Below, piece by piece: positions 43,213 to 53,839 of a DNA stretch of 64,000 nt. Position numbers and translations under genes: made by a program. The notes below the pieces were generated by a model, which saw only the letters and a list, made by a program, of their open reading frames with translations, searched no databases and was not told where the DNA came from. Source of the stretch: Alphaproteobacteria bacterium. Its GTDB lineage: Bacteria > Pseudomonadota > Alphaproteobacteria > RF32 > CAG-239. The stretch spans positions 77,421-141,420 of the forward strand of contig JBGUWS010000019.1 in the NCBI GenBank assembly GCA_045221335.1. Direction: 5' to 3'. Position 1 is the stretch's first letter. Each line of letters opens with the position of its first letter.

Positions 43213-45465
43213 TTATAAGCTTGTACCAAAGTTCAAACGAAATACCTCTGTTTCATCATACTTTTGCTTAACAACAGGGAAGCCGAAGTCAATGTCGATT
43301 TTACCCATCGGAGATGTCCATTCAAAACCAAAACCGACAGCAACACGAGGACTAGAGCTATAGTTCACATCATTATCGTCAATGTTATCCGGTTTTCCGG
43401 TTGTACCAACATCAACAAATGTGCGACCCCTGATTCCCAGCTCATCTAGACCAAGAGGAAATGCCAATTCAGCACCACCCCAGACCATCCAGTTACCACC
43501 GAGGGCATCTTTGGTGTATTTATCACGTGCACTAATACCACCGGACTCAAATCCACGCATAGTGTTACCGCCCAAGAAATATCTTTGCGATAATCTAACA
43601 TCTTCCCCACCGTATCCGGTGACATAACCACCATTGATGAAGAATTTGAAAGTATAGTAATCTGCTAAAGTATAGAATTTGTAAGCCTTGGTATCAAATT
43701 TCAAATACTTATCATCACCACCCAAACCGGATACATCGTTTCCAAAGGACAGGTAGTAACCTTCACGTGGTTTCATCATATCATCACGCTTATCATAGAC
43801 CAAGGTCTGTCCGATAACGGAGTCAACAGACTTACCTTGTTCACGCTGAATATATTTTGATGCAGAGTTAACATTCTTAATTTTATCTTCTTTTAATGTA
43901 TAGCGAAGTTGTTGGCTCAAATCATCAGTATAGTTCCAACCAAAACGAACGCGGCCACCGTATGTATCCATATCATAGTTACTTTCGTCTTGATAATCTT
44001 CTGTTTGGTAGAAGAGATCAAAACCGGCGCTCAAACGTCTACCTAAGAAGTAAGGCTCTGTGAAGCTAAAGCCATAATCTGTCGTACGCTGAGATTTTCC
44101 GGCATTTAAGCTAATCTGCTGGCCTTTACCTAAGAAGTTGTTCTCAGTGATTCCGGCACGAACCAATGCGCCGTTAACTGTTGAATATCCCACACCAATA
44201 TTGAAATATCCGGTTGATTTTTCTTCAACATTAACATTGATATCAGCCTTATCATATTCAACACGCTCAGAATCAATATCGACCTTACTGAAATAATTTA
44301 ATCTTTCAATGTTTCTTCTCGATTCTCTAATCTTAGAAGCGTTGAATACGCTACCTTCCGAAACGCGGAATTCTCTTCTGATAACCTCATCAAGTGTTCT
44401 TGTGTTTCCGGTAATGTTTATTCTGTTAACAAAAACTTTGGCATTTTCGTTAATATCAAACACAACACTCAATTCACCTGTTTCCCTGTTCTTGTTAATG
44501 TTTGGAACAACCTCAACAAAAACAAACCCCTTCTTTGACAGTTCCTCAGTCAAATCATTAACGGTTTTCTCCACCTCATCGGAGTTGTACCAATCTCCTT
44601 TATCAAAAGTAACATATTTATACCACTGATTAACATCAACGTCTGGTACGGAAGATTGGATTTGAATGTCATTAACCTTGTATCTGCGGCCTTCATCAAC
44701 AGTAAATGTCAAAACAAAAGATGTCTTGTCACGAGAGAGCTCTGCAATAGCGGAAACAACAGCAAAATCAGCATAACCATGTCTGTTATAAAAACGTCTC
44801 AAAAGCTCTTGATCATAGTTCATTCTTTCACGGTCAAAATTTTCTGCACTGGAAAATAGTCTATACCAACGACTTTCCTTGCTCATGATTTCTCCCTGTA
44901 AATCGCTACTGGTATAGTGTTTATTTCCAATAAAGTTAATGCTGTCAATTTTTGCTTCCGGACCTTCTTTAATTTCAAAAATCAGGTCAACACGATTCTC
45001 TGACTTCTTAATAATCTTTGGATCAACAGAAACACCATATCTTCCGGCTCTTTTATAAACATTAAGGATTCGTTGAACGTCTTGTTGGACTTTAGCTTTG
45101 CTGAATACGGAACGTGGAGCAGATTGAACCTCTGCCTCTAATATCTTATCATCTATCTTATCATTACCATCAAAGGCACGTACCCCAATAACCGGATTCT
45201 CTGTTACATTGATAATTAATTCAGAACCCCTTGTATCAAAATTAATATCGCTAAACAAACCCGTGTCATATAGTCTCTTTAGAGCATTATTTAACTCATC
45301 AGAAGATACAGGCTTACTTGTATCGATTCCCGCATAAGAAAGAGCAGTCTCTCTCTCAACACGTTGGAGTCCCTGAATATTGATACTTTTAATATTTTCT
45401 TGAGCTAAGGCTTGGGTACATATACCCAATGCCAATAAAGAAATACTTGCTAATTTCCAATTCAT
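43213..45465 (-). CDS. bamA: Outer membrane protein assembly factor BamA
   Basis: POTRA domains (GLQRVE, LYDTGLF, GNTRTLDEVIRRE), MRGF lid motif, C-terminal FNFGT-like signal. Confidence 0.97.
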   Translation of the reverse strand: MNWKLASISLLALGICTQALAQENIKSINIQGLQRVERETALSYAGIDTSKPVSSDELNNALKRLYDTGLFSDINFDTRGSELIINVTENPVIGVRAFDGNDKIDDKILEAEVQSAPRSVFSKAKVQQDVQRILNVYKRAGRYGVSVDPKIIKKSENRVDLIFEIKEGPEAKIDSINFIGNKHYTSSDLQGEIMSKESRWYRLFSSAENFDRERMNYDQELLRRFYNRHGYADFAVVSAIAELSRDKTSFVLTFTVDEGRRYKVNDIQIQSSVPDVDVNQWYKYVTFDKGDWYNSDEVEKTVNDLTEELSKKGFVFVEVVPNINKNRETGELSVVFDINENAKVFVNRINITGNTRTLDEVIRREFRVSEGSVFNASKIRESRRNIERLNYFSKVDIDSERVEYDKADINVNVEEKSTGYFNIGVGYSTVNGALVRAGITENNFLGKGQQISLNAGKSQRTTDYGFSFTEPYFLGRRLSAGFDLFYQTEDYQDESNYDMDTYGGRVRFGWNYTDDLSQQLRYTLKEDKIKNVNSASKYIQREQGKSVDSVIGQTLVYDKRDDMMKPREGYYLSFGNDVSGLGGDDKYLKFDTKAYKFYTLADYYTFKFFINGGYVTGYGGEDVRLSQRYFLGGNTMRGFESGGISARDKYTKDALGGNWMVWGGAELAFPLGLDELGIRGRTFVDVGTTGKPDNIDDNDVNYSSSPRVAVGFGFEWTSPMGKIDIDFGFPVVKQKYDETEVFRLNFGTSL

Positions 45466-45482
45466 GTTCAAATCCTTATAAA

Positions 45483-46619
45483 CTATTCAAACCATCTTGT
45501 TATAAGGTGTTTAATATCGTTCCAAGTTGCAAACACCATTAAAAACAAGATGAAACCAAGACCAACCTTAAACAAATAGTCTTTGACTTTTGCATTCAGT
45601 TCTCGTCTTGTGATTATTTCTAACAGATAAATTATTACATGTCCACCATCTAATAGGGGGATTGGGAATAAGTTTATTAAACCCAGATTTATAGACAATA
45701 AAGCCATAAAAGCAAGAAAATCCCAGAAACTCCTCGAACGAGAAATATCTCCGGACATCTCGGCAATTCGGATGATGCCGCCGACATCATCACCAGAGCG
45801 TTTACCTGTAAGTATTTGTCCAACACCGCGGAGAGTTAAGTCAGTAACGCCATAAAGTTCTTTTGCAGATTTAATAAGCGATTCTATAAAATTAAAATTA
45901 TCCTTTGTAATATGAAACTTTTTTGCTTCGCCCTTTATACCAATCATTTTGCGTTTTATGGGCTTTTCTGTTTCATCAAAAGCATAATACATTTCTTTTA
46001 AAGGAAGCGTTAACTCTATGATATTGTTGTCTCTCTGAATTTTCAAATGTACATCGGTAATAGAAACACTGACCTCTTTACTGATATCTCCCCACGTTTC
46101 TATGGTATTTCCGTTAATTTCCAATATTTTATCATTTGCAATTATACCGGCTTTTTGCGCAGGGCTATCATCAATAACATCAGAAACAATTGGCGGAATA
46201 TCATAGCTTCCGATAAAGAAAAACAGTCCAAAATAAACAATAAAAGCAAAAAGATAATTAAATAAAGGTCCGGCGAGCGCAATAGCAAGTTTCCTTGAGG
46301 GCTTTTGTGTTGCAAAAAGATGTTTTTGTTCCTCTTCGGTATACTTTTTTAAGTCTATGTCAGAGGTTGATGAAGATTCGTCTGCATCTCCTAAAAACTG
46401 ACAATATCCCCCTAAAGGTATAGCTGAAATTTTCCAAACAGTTCCTCTTGAGTCAATCTTACTCCAAAGCTCCTTTCCAAAACCAATAGAAAAGGCACTA
46501 ACACTTACACCAAGCTTTCGAGCAACAATGAAGTGTCCGAATTCATGAACAAAAACCAAAACACCCAACAAAATAAGAAAGGGGATGATATAATAAATAA
46601 TATTTGCTAACCACTCCAT
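45483..46619 (-). CDS. rseP: RIP metalloprotease RseP
   Basis: VHEFGH, PLGGYC, AGPLFN, PDZ domain, NLFPIPLLDGG; likely start ATG 46619. Confidence 0.95.
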   Translation of the reverse strand: MEWLANIIYYIIPFLILLGVLVFVHEFGHFIVARKLGVSVSAFSIGFGKELWSKIDSRGTVWKISAIPLGGYCQFLGDADESSSTSDIDLKKYTEEEQKHLFATQKPSRKLAIALAGPLFNYLFAFIVYFGLFFFIGSYDIPPIVSDVIDDSPAQKAGIIANDKILEINGNTIETWGDISKEVSVSITDVHLKIQRDNNIIELTLPLKEMYYAFDETEKPIKRKMIGIKGEAKKFHITKDNFNFIESLIKSAKELYGVTDLTLRGVGQILTGKRSGDDVGGIIRIAEMSGDISRSRSFWDFLAFMALLSINLGLINLFPIPLLDGGHVIIYLLEIITRRELNAKVKDYLFKVGLGFILFLMVFATWNDIKHLITRWFE

Positions 46620-46635
46620 AATTTTTTCCTCTGAA

Positions 46636-47460
46636 TTATTCAAATGAAACCAAAGTAAAATAACAATAGACAATAGGTGCGGCAAAAATTAAACCGTCAA
46701 TTCTATCAAATATACCACCGTGTCCGGGGATAAGTGAACTGCTGTCTTTAATTTTTAAATGTCTTTTTATAGCAGATTCGACCAAGTCGCCAATTTGTGC
46801 TATAAAGGCAATAAAAGCACCCAATTGAGCAAATCTCAACAAGTCGCGTGAAGACATGGCTACAGTTGCAGACATATATATATAGCTAACAGCCACGGCC
46901 AGTATAACACCACCAATAAGACCAGACCACGTCTTATTGGGGCTGATGTGTGGTGCAAGTTTAGGACCGCGTAAGGATTTTCCAATAACATATCCGCCAA
47001 TATCGACGCTCCACACCATTAAGATAAACCACAGTGTCATAATAAAGCTGCCTTTTTCACCGGGAATACTTCCAAAAGCATCAAATAGATAATACATCCA
47101 GTATAGGGCTCCAACACCGATGGCAATATAAGGAACACCTAAAACAATTAAAAAACGCTCCTCTTCGTCTTTTGATTTCAGATAAACAAAGCAAGTTATT
47201 GCTGCTAGCAATAAAAATAGAACAATGCGATTAAATACAATCAAAGAGCAACCTAAAGCAAAAGCATAGCACACAGCATAAACATTAGGCCTCTTACTTG
47301 GTATCATTGTACTCCACTCCCAAGAAAGTACAATACCAACAAAATAGACAAGTATATCGACAAAGGGATGACCGGATCTTAAAGCTCCAATAACCAAAGG
47401 AATCATAATAAGAGAGGTCAAAACTCTCTTTTTCAAAGATGTTAATTTAACTTTTTCCAT
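46636..47460 (-). CDS. cdsA: Phosphatidate cytidylyltransferase
   Basis: ISPNKTWSG, GDLVESAIKR..KIKDS..LIPGHGGIFDRID. Confidence 0.96.
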   Translation of the reverse strand: MEKVKLTSLKKRVLTSLIMIPLVIGALRSGHPFVDILVYFVGIVLSWEWSTMIPSKRPNVYAVCYAFALGCSLIVFNRIVLFLLLAAITCFVYLKSKDEEERFLIVLGVPYIAIGVGALYWMYYLFDAFGSIPGEKGSFIMTLWFILMVWSVDIGGYVIGKSLRGPKLAPHISPNKTWSGLIGGVILAVAVSYIYMSATVAMSSRDLLRFAQLGAFIAFIAQIGDLVESAIKRHLKIKDSSSLIPGHGGIFDRIDGLIFAAPIVYCYFTLVSFE

Positions 47461-48151
47461 ATCGTCTCTCCCTAGTTTTAAAATGATCAATGATATCCAT
47501 CAATTCTTCTTTACCAAAATCAGGCCACAAAGTGTCTGTGAAAAATAATTCTGTATATGCAAGCTGCCACAACAAATAGTTGCTGATACGTTGCTCTCCG
47601 CTGGTTCTTATTAGAATATCCGGATCAGGAATATCTGCTGTATAAAGCAAAGATGAGAATTTTTCTTGTGTAATATCTTCTATATCCATCTTTTTATCTA
47701 AAACCAATTGAGTAGCCTTTTTTGCAGCAGACAATATTTCTTGTCTTGAACCATAAGATAAAGCAACACATAAGGTCAAATCTGTATTGTGTGAGGACTG
47801 CTCTTCAATATATTGCATTTTCTCCAAAATATCGGGAGAAAGCATATTCCTTTCACCAATGAAAATAATTCGAACATTATTTTCCATAATTTCCTTAAAT
47901 TCTTTTTCAAGATATTCACGCAACAAACTCATCAAGGCATCAACTTCTTCAGGGCTGCGTTGCCAGTTTTCTGTAGAAAAAGCATAAAGTGTTAAATATT
48001 TAATGCCGGATTCTTTCATGGCTCGCGTAATCTTGACGACATTTTCCGCTCCTTTTTTGTGCCCAAAATTTTTGGGCATCCCATGTTTTTGCGCCCAGCG
48101 CCTGTTTCCATCCATGATAATGGCAATATGATGACAATCAGTATTATTCAT
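47447..48151 (-). CDS. uppS: Undecaprenyl diphosphate synthase
   Basis: HIAIIMDGNRRWA, YAFSTENW, PDILIRTSGEQRISNYLLWQ. Confidence 0.97.
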   Translation of the reverse strand: MNNTDCHHIAIIMDGNRRWAQKHGMPKNFGHKKGAENVVKITRAMKESGIKYLTLYAFSTENWQRSPEEVDALMSLLREYLEKEFKEIMENNVRIIFIGERNMLSPDILEKMQYIEEQSSHNTDLTLCVALSYGSRQEILSAAKKATQLVLDKKMDIEDITQEKFSSLLYTADIPDPDILIRTSGEQRISNYLLWQLAYTELFFTDTLWPDFGKEELMDIIDHFKTRERRYGKS

Positions 48152-48155
48152 TTTT

Positions 48156-48719
48156 TTATACTTGTAAAATGTCCTTTTCTTTTTGGGTAAGCAATTCATC
48201 AATTTTCTTGATTGAATCATCTGTCATCTTCTGAATATCGTTATTAAAACGTTTCTCATCATCCTCAGAGATTAAATTATCTTTTTTGAGTTTTTTGATC
48301 TCATCCAAAGCATCCCTACGAATGTTACGAATGGCAATTTTATTTTGTTCAGCATACTTTCCGGCAACTTTCACCAGTTCTTTTCTGCGTTCTTCTGAAA
48401 GTGGTGGAATAGGAATACGTATAAGTTGACCATCTGAAACAGGATTTAAACCGAGATCCGATTCGCGCAACGCTTTTTCAACTGATTTTGCAATGTCTCT
48501 ATCCCAGACACTAATAGATAACGTTCTGGCATCTGGAACGCTTATAGTACCAACCTGAGAGATAGGTGATAAATTACCATAGGCCTCAACCATTATATTA
48601 TCCAAAAGGCTGGCATGTGCCCGACCGGCTCTTAATCCACCAAAATCTCCACGCAAAGTTTCCAGAGTTTTCTCCATGCGTGTTGTTGTATCTTTTTTTA
48701 TATCATCATAATCAGTCAT
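48156..48719 (-). CDS. frr: Ribosome recycling factor
   Basis: LRAGRAH, LGLNPVSDG, PPLSEERRKEL, IRNIRRD. Confidence 0.97.
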   Translation of the reverse strand: MTDYDDIKKDTTTRMEKTLETLRGDFGGLRAGRAHASLLDNIMVEAYGNLSPISQVGTISVPDARTLSISVWDRDIAKSVEKALRESDLGLNPVSDGQLIRIPIPPLSEERRKELVKVAGKYAEQNKIAIRNIRRDALDEIKKLKKDNLISEDDEKRFNNDIQKMTDDSIKKIDELLTQKEKDILQV

Positions 48720-48725
48720 AGCTCC

Positions 48726-49436
48726 TCACTTTATTGTCGTGTAATTACCTTTTCCATTTAGTGCATTTAAAAGAGAATTGATGTTTTCTTGCTTAAAAAC
48801 GATTATAGGCAAATTATTATCTCTTGCCATCGTAATTGCAGTCATATCCATAACTTTTAATTGTTTTAGGATAACCTCATCATAAGAAATCTCTTTATAA
48901 CGTTTCGCTTTTGGATTCTTTAGCGGGTCGGCATCATAAACACCGTCAACCTGGGTTGCCTTAAATAAAGCATCACAATCATTTTCCAGAGCGCGCAAAG
49001 TAGCTCCAGTATCTGTGGTAAAATAAGGATTTCCTGTACCACCGGCAAAAATAACAACATTTTTCTCTTTAAGCAGTTTTTGAGCTTTTCGATAGGAATA
49101 AGTTTCGGCAACTTGAGGTGCAGACAAACCGGACAATACCTCAGAAGGAATGCCTTTTTTATTTAAGGTACTTTTCAAAAACAGAGCATTTATAATTGTC
49201 GCTAACATACCGGCTTGATCAGCAATTGGTCGGCTGATGGCCTCGTTAGTGTTGCGCACCCCCCGATAAAAGTTGCCACCACCAATAACAATGCATAAAG
49301 AAACACCGGTATTATAAACTTTTTTGATACTTTCAGAAATGGTATCAAGTATGTTTTCATCAATACCACAAGGCTTGCTCCCCATCAATCCCTCTCCGGA
49401 AAGCTTCAATAATATTCTCTTATAAATCTTTTTCAT
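48726..49436 (-). CDS. pyrH: UMP kinase
   Basis: RILLKLSGE, IGGGNF, GTGNPYFTTD, VDGVYDADP. Confidence 0.97.
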   Translation of the reverse strand: MKKIYKRILLKLSGEGLMGSKPCGIDENILDTISESIKKVYNTGVSLCIVIGGGNFYRGVRNTNEAISRPIADQAGMLATIINALFLKSTLNKKGIPSEVLSGLSAPQVAETYSYRKAQKLLKEKNVVIFAGGTGNPYFTTDTGATLRALENDCDALFKATQVDGVYDADPLKNPKAKRYKEISYDEVILKQLKVMDMTAITMARDNNLPIIVFKQENINSLLNALNGKGNYTTIK

Positions 49437-49576
49437 CAGATCTCCTCTGCTGATATATTTGATAGCATATTAAATAAATAAATCGTTAATGCAAGATAAA
49501 ATACACAATAACGGAAAATAAGTTGAAATTTTTATAGATTAATTTAACATGAAGAAAACCTAACAGGAGAAAATTA

Positions 49577-50191
49577 ATGTCAGCAGGATGTATATATGGT
49601 TTAAGCGCTCTACTGGGTTACCTTATTGGTTCTATTCCCTTTGGTCTCATTTTAACCAAAATGGCCGGTTATGGGGATATCCGAAAGATCGGATCAGGCA
49701 ATATCGGTGCGACAAACGTTCTACGCACGGGAAATAAAAAGTTAGCCCTATTGACAGTTTTGTGTGATGCATCAAAAGCAGGTATTGCAGCGATAATTGC
49801 AAAAAGCATTTTTTCTGGAAATTACGCTGTTATGGCTTCTTTGATTGCTGGTGCTTTTGGTGTCATAGGTCATAATTTTCCAGTATGGTTGAATTTTAAA
49901 GGAGGCAAAGGAGTCGCTTCAGCATTTGGTTTTATTCTAGCGACATGTTGGCCAATTGCTTTGGTGGCGTTATGTATCTGGTTGACGATGGCTTTTATCT
50001 TTAAGTATTCTTCTCTGTCTGCTCTAACAGCAGCCGCCTTCGTTCCTATCCTATCATATTTTTTAGCGCCGTCGACAGAATATATATGGATATATACGGC
50101 AATTACTTTGTTGGTTGTTGCAAGACACCATGCAAATATCAGGAGATTGCTTAAAGGTGAAGAAAGTAAAATAAAATTGAAAAAACAATAA
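49577..50191 (+). CDS. plsY: Glycerol-3-phosphate 1-O-acyltransferase
   Basis: GYLIGSIPFG, GSGNIGATNV.R, GHNFPVW..FKGGKGVA, HHANIRRL. Confidence 0.97.
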   Translation: MSAGCIYGLSALLGYLIGSIPFGLILTKMAGYGDIRKIGSGNIGATNVLRTGNKKLALLTVLCDASKAGIAAIIAKSIFSGNYAVMASLIAGAFGVIGHNFPVWLNFKGGKGVASAFGFILATCWPIALVALCIWLTMAFIFKYSSLSALTAAAFVPILSYFLAPSTEYIWIYTAITLLVVARHHANIRRLLKGEESKIKLKKQ

Positions 50192-50205
50192 GAAATGTAA
50201 AAAAA

Positions 50206-51315
50206 TTGAACAGGCAAAAATTAGTATCATATATTCAATTAATCAATACTTCTGGAATAGGGCCCATTAATTTCAGAAAAGCTTTAGCACGTTTTGGTAG
50301 TGCTGATAAAGCATTGGATTGGTTATCATCAAAACAAAAAATATATCCAAAAACAAAAGCAGAAGAAGAGGTAATGACAGCAGAACTAAAAAAGGTCGAA
50401 ATCATTACCTTTGAAGATGAAGCTTATCCTTATAATTTAAAACAAATTGAAGATTTTCCGCCGATTCTCTACGCATTAGGTAACGTAGATTTACTTAAAA
50501 ATACGAATGCGTTAGCCATCGTGGGCTCACGTAATGCATCAATAAGTGCCCAACGTCACGCTAGCAAATTGGCAGAAGAGCTAGCAGAAAATAATATTGT
50601 TATTGTTTCTGGTTTGGCAAAAGGAATAGATGCCGCAGCACATGAGGGAGCAAAAGACAGAAAAGGAGGAACAATTGCTGTTTTAGGGACAGGCATAGAC
50701 ATCATATATCCAAAAGAAAATGAAAAACTGTACCATGCTCTTGTTGATAAAGGGCTTATAATATCTGAATATCCGTTTCATACAAAGCCTCTGGCAACTA
50801 ATTTCCCTCGCAGAAACAGGATTGTTTCGGGTTTAACGAAGGGAACATTGGTCATAGAGGCAGGAACTAAATCCGGGTCATTAATAACAGCTCATCAGGC
50901 TCTAGAACAAGGAAGAGATGTATACGCAGTTCCGGGTGCGCCTTATGATAGCAGAAATTCCGGTTGCAACCAATTATTAAAAGAAGGGGCGATTCTGGTT
51001 GAAACTGCAAAAGATATTTTAGAAAATTTCACTTTTACACAAGTAGAGTTTATATCTGGCAATATAAAACCGATAAAAACGCCGGATCTGTTCGAATATT
51101 CGCTTGACAACAGCGAAAATAATTCTGATATTTCAGGCAGCAAAAACGATGATTATGCAAAACTATTGTCGCTGATTTCTGCAACTGGGGAGGATATTGA
51201 CGATCTGATACGTGTCAGTAAATTACCGGCAGAAAGAGTTTTGATGATGATTGTTGAAATGGAATTAGATGACAGAGTGGTTAGACTTCCGGGTAATAAA
51301 ATTGCCAGGATTTGA
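50206..51315 (+). CDS. dprA: DNA-processing protein DprA
   Basis: AIVGSR, SGLAKGIDAAAH, FPRRNRIVSG, SGSLITA, C-terminal winged helix; TTG start. Confidence 0.96.
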   Translation: MNRQKLVSYIQLINTSGIGPINFRKALARFGSADKALDWLSSKQKIYPKTKAEEEVMTAELKKVEIITFEDEAYPYNLKQIEDFPPILYALGNVDLLKNTNALAIVGSRNASISAQRHASKLAEELAENNIVIVSGLAKGIDAAAHEGAKDRKGGTIAVLGTGIDIIYPKENEKLYHALVDKGLIISEYPFHTKPLATNFPRRNRIVSGLTKGTLVIEAGTKSGSLITAHQALEQGRDVYAVPGAPYDSRNSGCNQLLKEGAILVETAKDILENFTFTQVEFISGNIKPIKTPDLFEYSLDNSENNSDISGSKNDDYAKLLSLISATGEDIDDLIRVSKLPAERVLMMIVEMELDDRVVRLPGNKIARI

Positions 51316-51327
51316 TGAGGTTGGATT

Positions 51328-53781
51328 ATGAAATTAGTTGTTGTTGAATCTCCTGCAAAAGCAAAAACAATCAATAAATATTTAGGAAAAGACTATAAAG
51401 TTTTGGCGAGTTATGGCCATATTCGTGATTTACCAAGTAAAGATGGTTCAGTTGATCCGAATGAAGATTTTAAGATGGTATGGGAACTAAGTTCCGGTGG
51501 AAAAAAGCGCCTCAATGACATCATAACAGCGCTAAAAGATTGTGACACGTTAGTCTTAGCCTCTGACCCGGATAGAGAAGGAGAAGCCATCGCATGGCAT
51601 ATATTGGAAGAATTATCTTCAAAAAAGAAATTGGCCGGTAAAAAAATTGAACGTGTTGTTTTTCACGAAATAACCAAAAGAGCCGTTACGGAAGCTATTC
51701 AAAATCCACGCCAGATAGATGATAATTTAGTATCAGCTTATATGGCACGCCGTGCATTAGACTACCTTGTTGGTTTTACGTTGTCACCTGTATTATGGCG
51801 CAAACTTCCCGGTTCAAAATCAGCTGGACGCGTTCAATCAGTAGCCCTGCGTTTAATTTGTGAACGCGAAATGGAAATAGAGAAATTTAAGCCGGAAGAA
51901 TATTGGACAATAGATGTTGATTTAGCCACAAAAGAAGACGCGCTTATCCCATCGCATTTGATAAACCTAGATGGCAAGAAATTAGAAAAATTTGATATCA
52001 ATACCAAAGAAAAAGCAGAAGCAGCTAAGGCAAAAATAGAAGCACAGGATTTCAAGATTGCAAAAATAGAGCGCAAAAAAGCAAATCGATTCCCTGCACC
52101 GCCTTTCACAACTTCAACCCTTCAACAAGAAGCCGCACGTAAGCTTCGATTCCCTGCCAAAAAAACGATGCAGGTGGCACAAAAACTCTATGAAGCTGGT
52201 TACATTACCTATATGAGAACGGATGCAGTTAATCTCTCTGCTGAAGCCATTGAAGCATGCCGTGAAGCTATCTTAAAATATTTTGGTGAAAAATATTTAC
52301 CTAAGACAGCCAAAGAATATAAAACAAAATCCAAAAACGCTCAAGAAGCACATGAGGCAATTCGTCCGGCTGATGTGATGAATACGCCTAAAAAGATGGA
52401 AGAAAAACTTGATGCGGATTCGCACAAATTATATGAGCTTATCTGGAAACGTACCGTTGCTTGTCAGATGGAGCCGGCTGTTTTGGATCGAGTTGTGATA
52501 GATTCTATTTCCAATGATAAGCAAATTTTATTGCGTGCCAATGGACAGGTTATTGCCTTTGACGGATTCTTAAAATTATATCAAGAAGGCAAAGATGATA
52601 ATGATGACGATGATGAAAATCGTCTGTTGCCAAATGTAGAGGCAAACGATGCTGTTTCTAAAAAAGCAATCAAACCGGAACAACATATGACAACTCCGCC
52701 ACCGAGGTTTACCGAAGCAAGTCTGGTTAAAAAACTTGAAGAGCTTGGCATCGGGCGTCCGTCAACGTATGCCTCAATTATCGCGGTTTTGCAAGAACGT
52801 AAATACGTTAAAGTTGAAAAAATGCGCTTTATCCCTGAAGATAGGGGACGCATTGTAACTATATTTTTAGAGAACTTTTTCAAAAAATACGTTGAATATG
52901 ACTTTACTGCGCAAATGGAAGAATTTTTAGATGATGTTTCTGCAGGTCAGATGGAATGGAAAAAGCTATTAACCGGTTTTTGGACCAAGTTTTATAACAC
53001 TATACAGTCCGTGCAGCCATTACAAGTAAGCGAAGTTATCAATAAAATCGATGAAGTTTTGGCTTATCACCTCTTTCCACCAAAAGCAGATGGTTCAGAT
53101 CCGAGAGAATGTCCGGAATGTCACAAAGGTCATCTAAGCATCAAGCTTGGAAAATTTGGCGCGTTTTTAGGTTGTTCTAATTATCCGGAATGTAAGTATA
53201 CTAAGCCATTAGTGGACACCAAGGATGAGGAAGATCAGGCCACAGAAAAATCACCGGCACCGGAAGATAGGGTTTTAGGTGTTCATGAGGGTCTAAATGT
53301 GTACCTTAAAAAAGGTCCTTATGGTTTTTATATCCAATTGGGAGAAGATGCCACCGCCACCACAGAAAAGCCAAAGCGCATTGCTTTACCAAAGTTCTTA
53401 AATCCTGAAGAGGTAACGTTTGAACAAGCAGAAACGTTGGTCAGTTTGCCCAAAGATATTGGTGATGGAATAACGGTAAATATCGGCAAATTTGGACAAT
53501 ACATTAAGCAAGGCAATAAATCATGTTCCTTAACTGGCGGTGATAATGTGTTTAACATAACCAAGGAGCGTGCTGAAGAATTGCTCAAAGGGGCAAAACC
53601 AAAAGCAGAAGCAAAAGTTTTAGGAACACATCCTAAGCTAAAAGAAGAAGTACAATTGGCGGTGGGGCGCTATGGTCAATACATTAAATGCGGCAAAAAC
53701 AATTACCGCATACCAAGTGCCTTACATGGAAAAGATATTAGCCTAGAAGATGCCATTAAAGTGATTGATAATGAGAAATAA
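51328..53781 (+). CDS. topA: DNA topoisomerase I
   Basis: VVESPAKA, DPDREGE, SAGRVQS, ITYMRTD (catalytic Tyr), GIGRPSTY. Confidence 0.98.
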   Translation: MKLVVVESPAKAKTINKYLGKDYKVLASYGHIRDLPSKDGSVDPNEDFKMVWELSSGGKKRLNDIITALKDCDTLVLASDPDREGEAIAWHILEELSSKKKLAGKKIERVVFHEITKRAVTEAIQNPRQIDDNLVSAYMARRALDYLVGFTLSPVLWRKLPGSKSAGRVQSVALRLICEREMEIEKFKPEEYWTIDVDLATKEDALIPSHLINLDGKKLEKFDINTKEKAEAAKAKIEAQDFKIAKIERKKANRFPAPPFTTSTLQQEAARKLRFPAKKTMQVAQKLYEAGYITYMRTDAVNLSAEAIEACREAILKYFGEKYLPKTAKEYKTKSKNAQEAHEAIRPADVMNTPKKMEEKLDADSHKLYELIWKRTVACQMEPAVLDRVVIDSISNDKQILLRANGQVIAFDGFLKLYQEGKDDNDDDDENRLLPNVEANDAVSKKAIKPEQHMTTPPPRFTEASLVKKLEELGIGRPSTYASIIAVLQERKYVKVEKMRFIPEDRGRIVTIFLENFFKKYVEYDFTAQMEEFLDDVSAGQMEWKKLLTGFWTKFYNTIQSVQPLQVSEVINKIDEVLAYHLFPPKADGSDPRECPECHKGHLSIKLGKFGAFLGCSNYPECKYTKPLVDTKDEEDQATEKSPAPEDRVLGVHEGLNVYLKKGPYGFYIQLGEDATATTEKPKRIALPKFLNPEEVTFEQAETLVSLPKDIGDGITVNIGKFGQYIKQGNKSCSLTGGDNVFNITKERAEELLKGAKPKAEAKVLGTHPKLKEEVQLAVGRYGQYIKCGKNNYRIPSALHGKDISLEDAIKVIDNEK

Positions 53782-53808
53782 AAAACCCGCGAAGCTGTGC
53801 CCCGCGGA
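53781..53808 (-). terminator. Terminator between topA and the convergent ORFan
   Basis: Minus-strand CCGCGGGG-cacag-CTTCGCGG stem with G-U pairs, followed by GTTTTT. Confidence 0.5.
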
Positions 53809-53839
53809 TTAAAAGAGTTGTTAGTAAAAGTTTTTGACG

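Noticed and set aside
34671-51315. comF and dprA as a competence island
   Set aside because: They are 15 kb apart in ordinary housekeeping contexts (plsY-dprA-topA is a conserved block); no pilus or comEC genes are present here.
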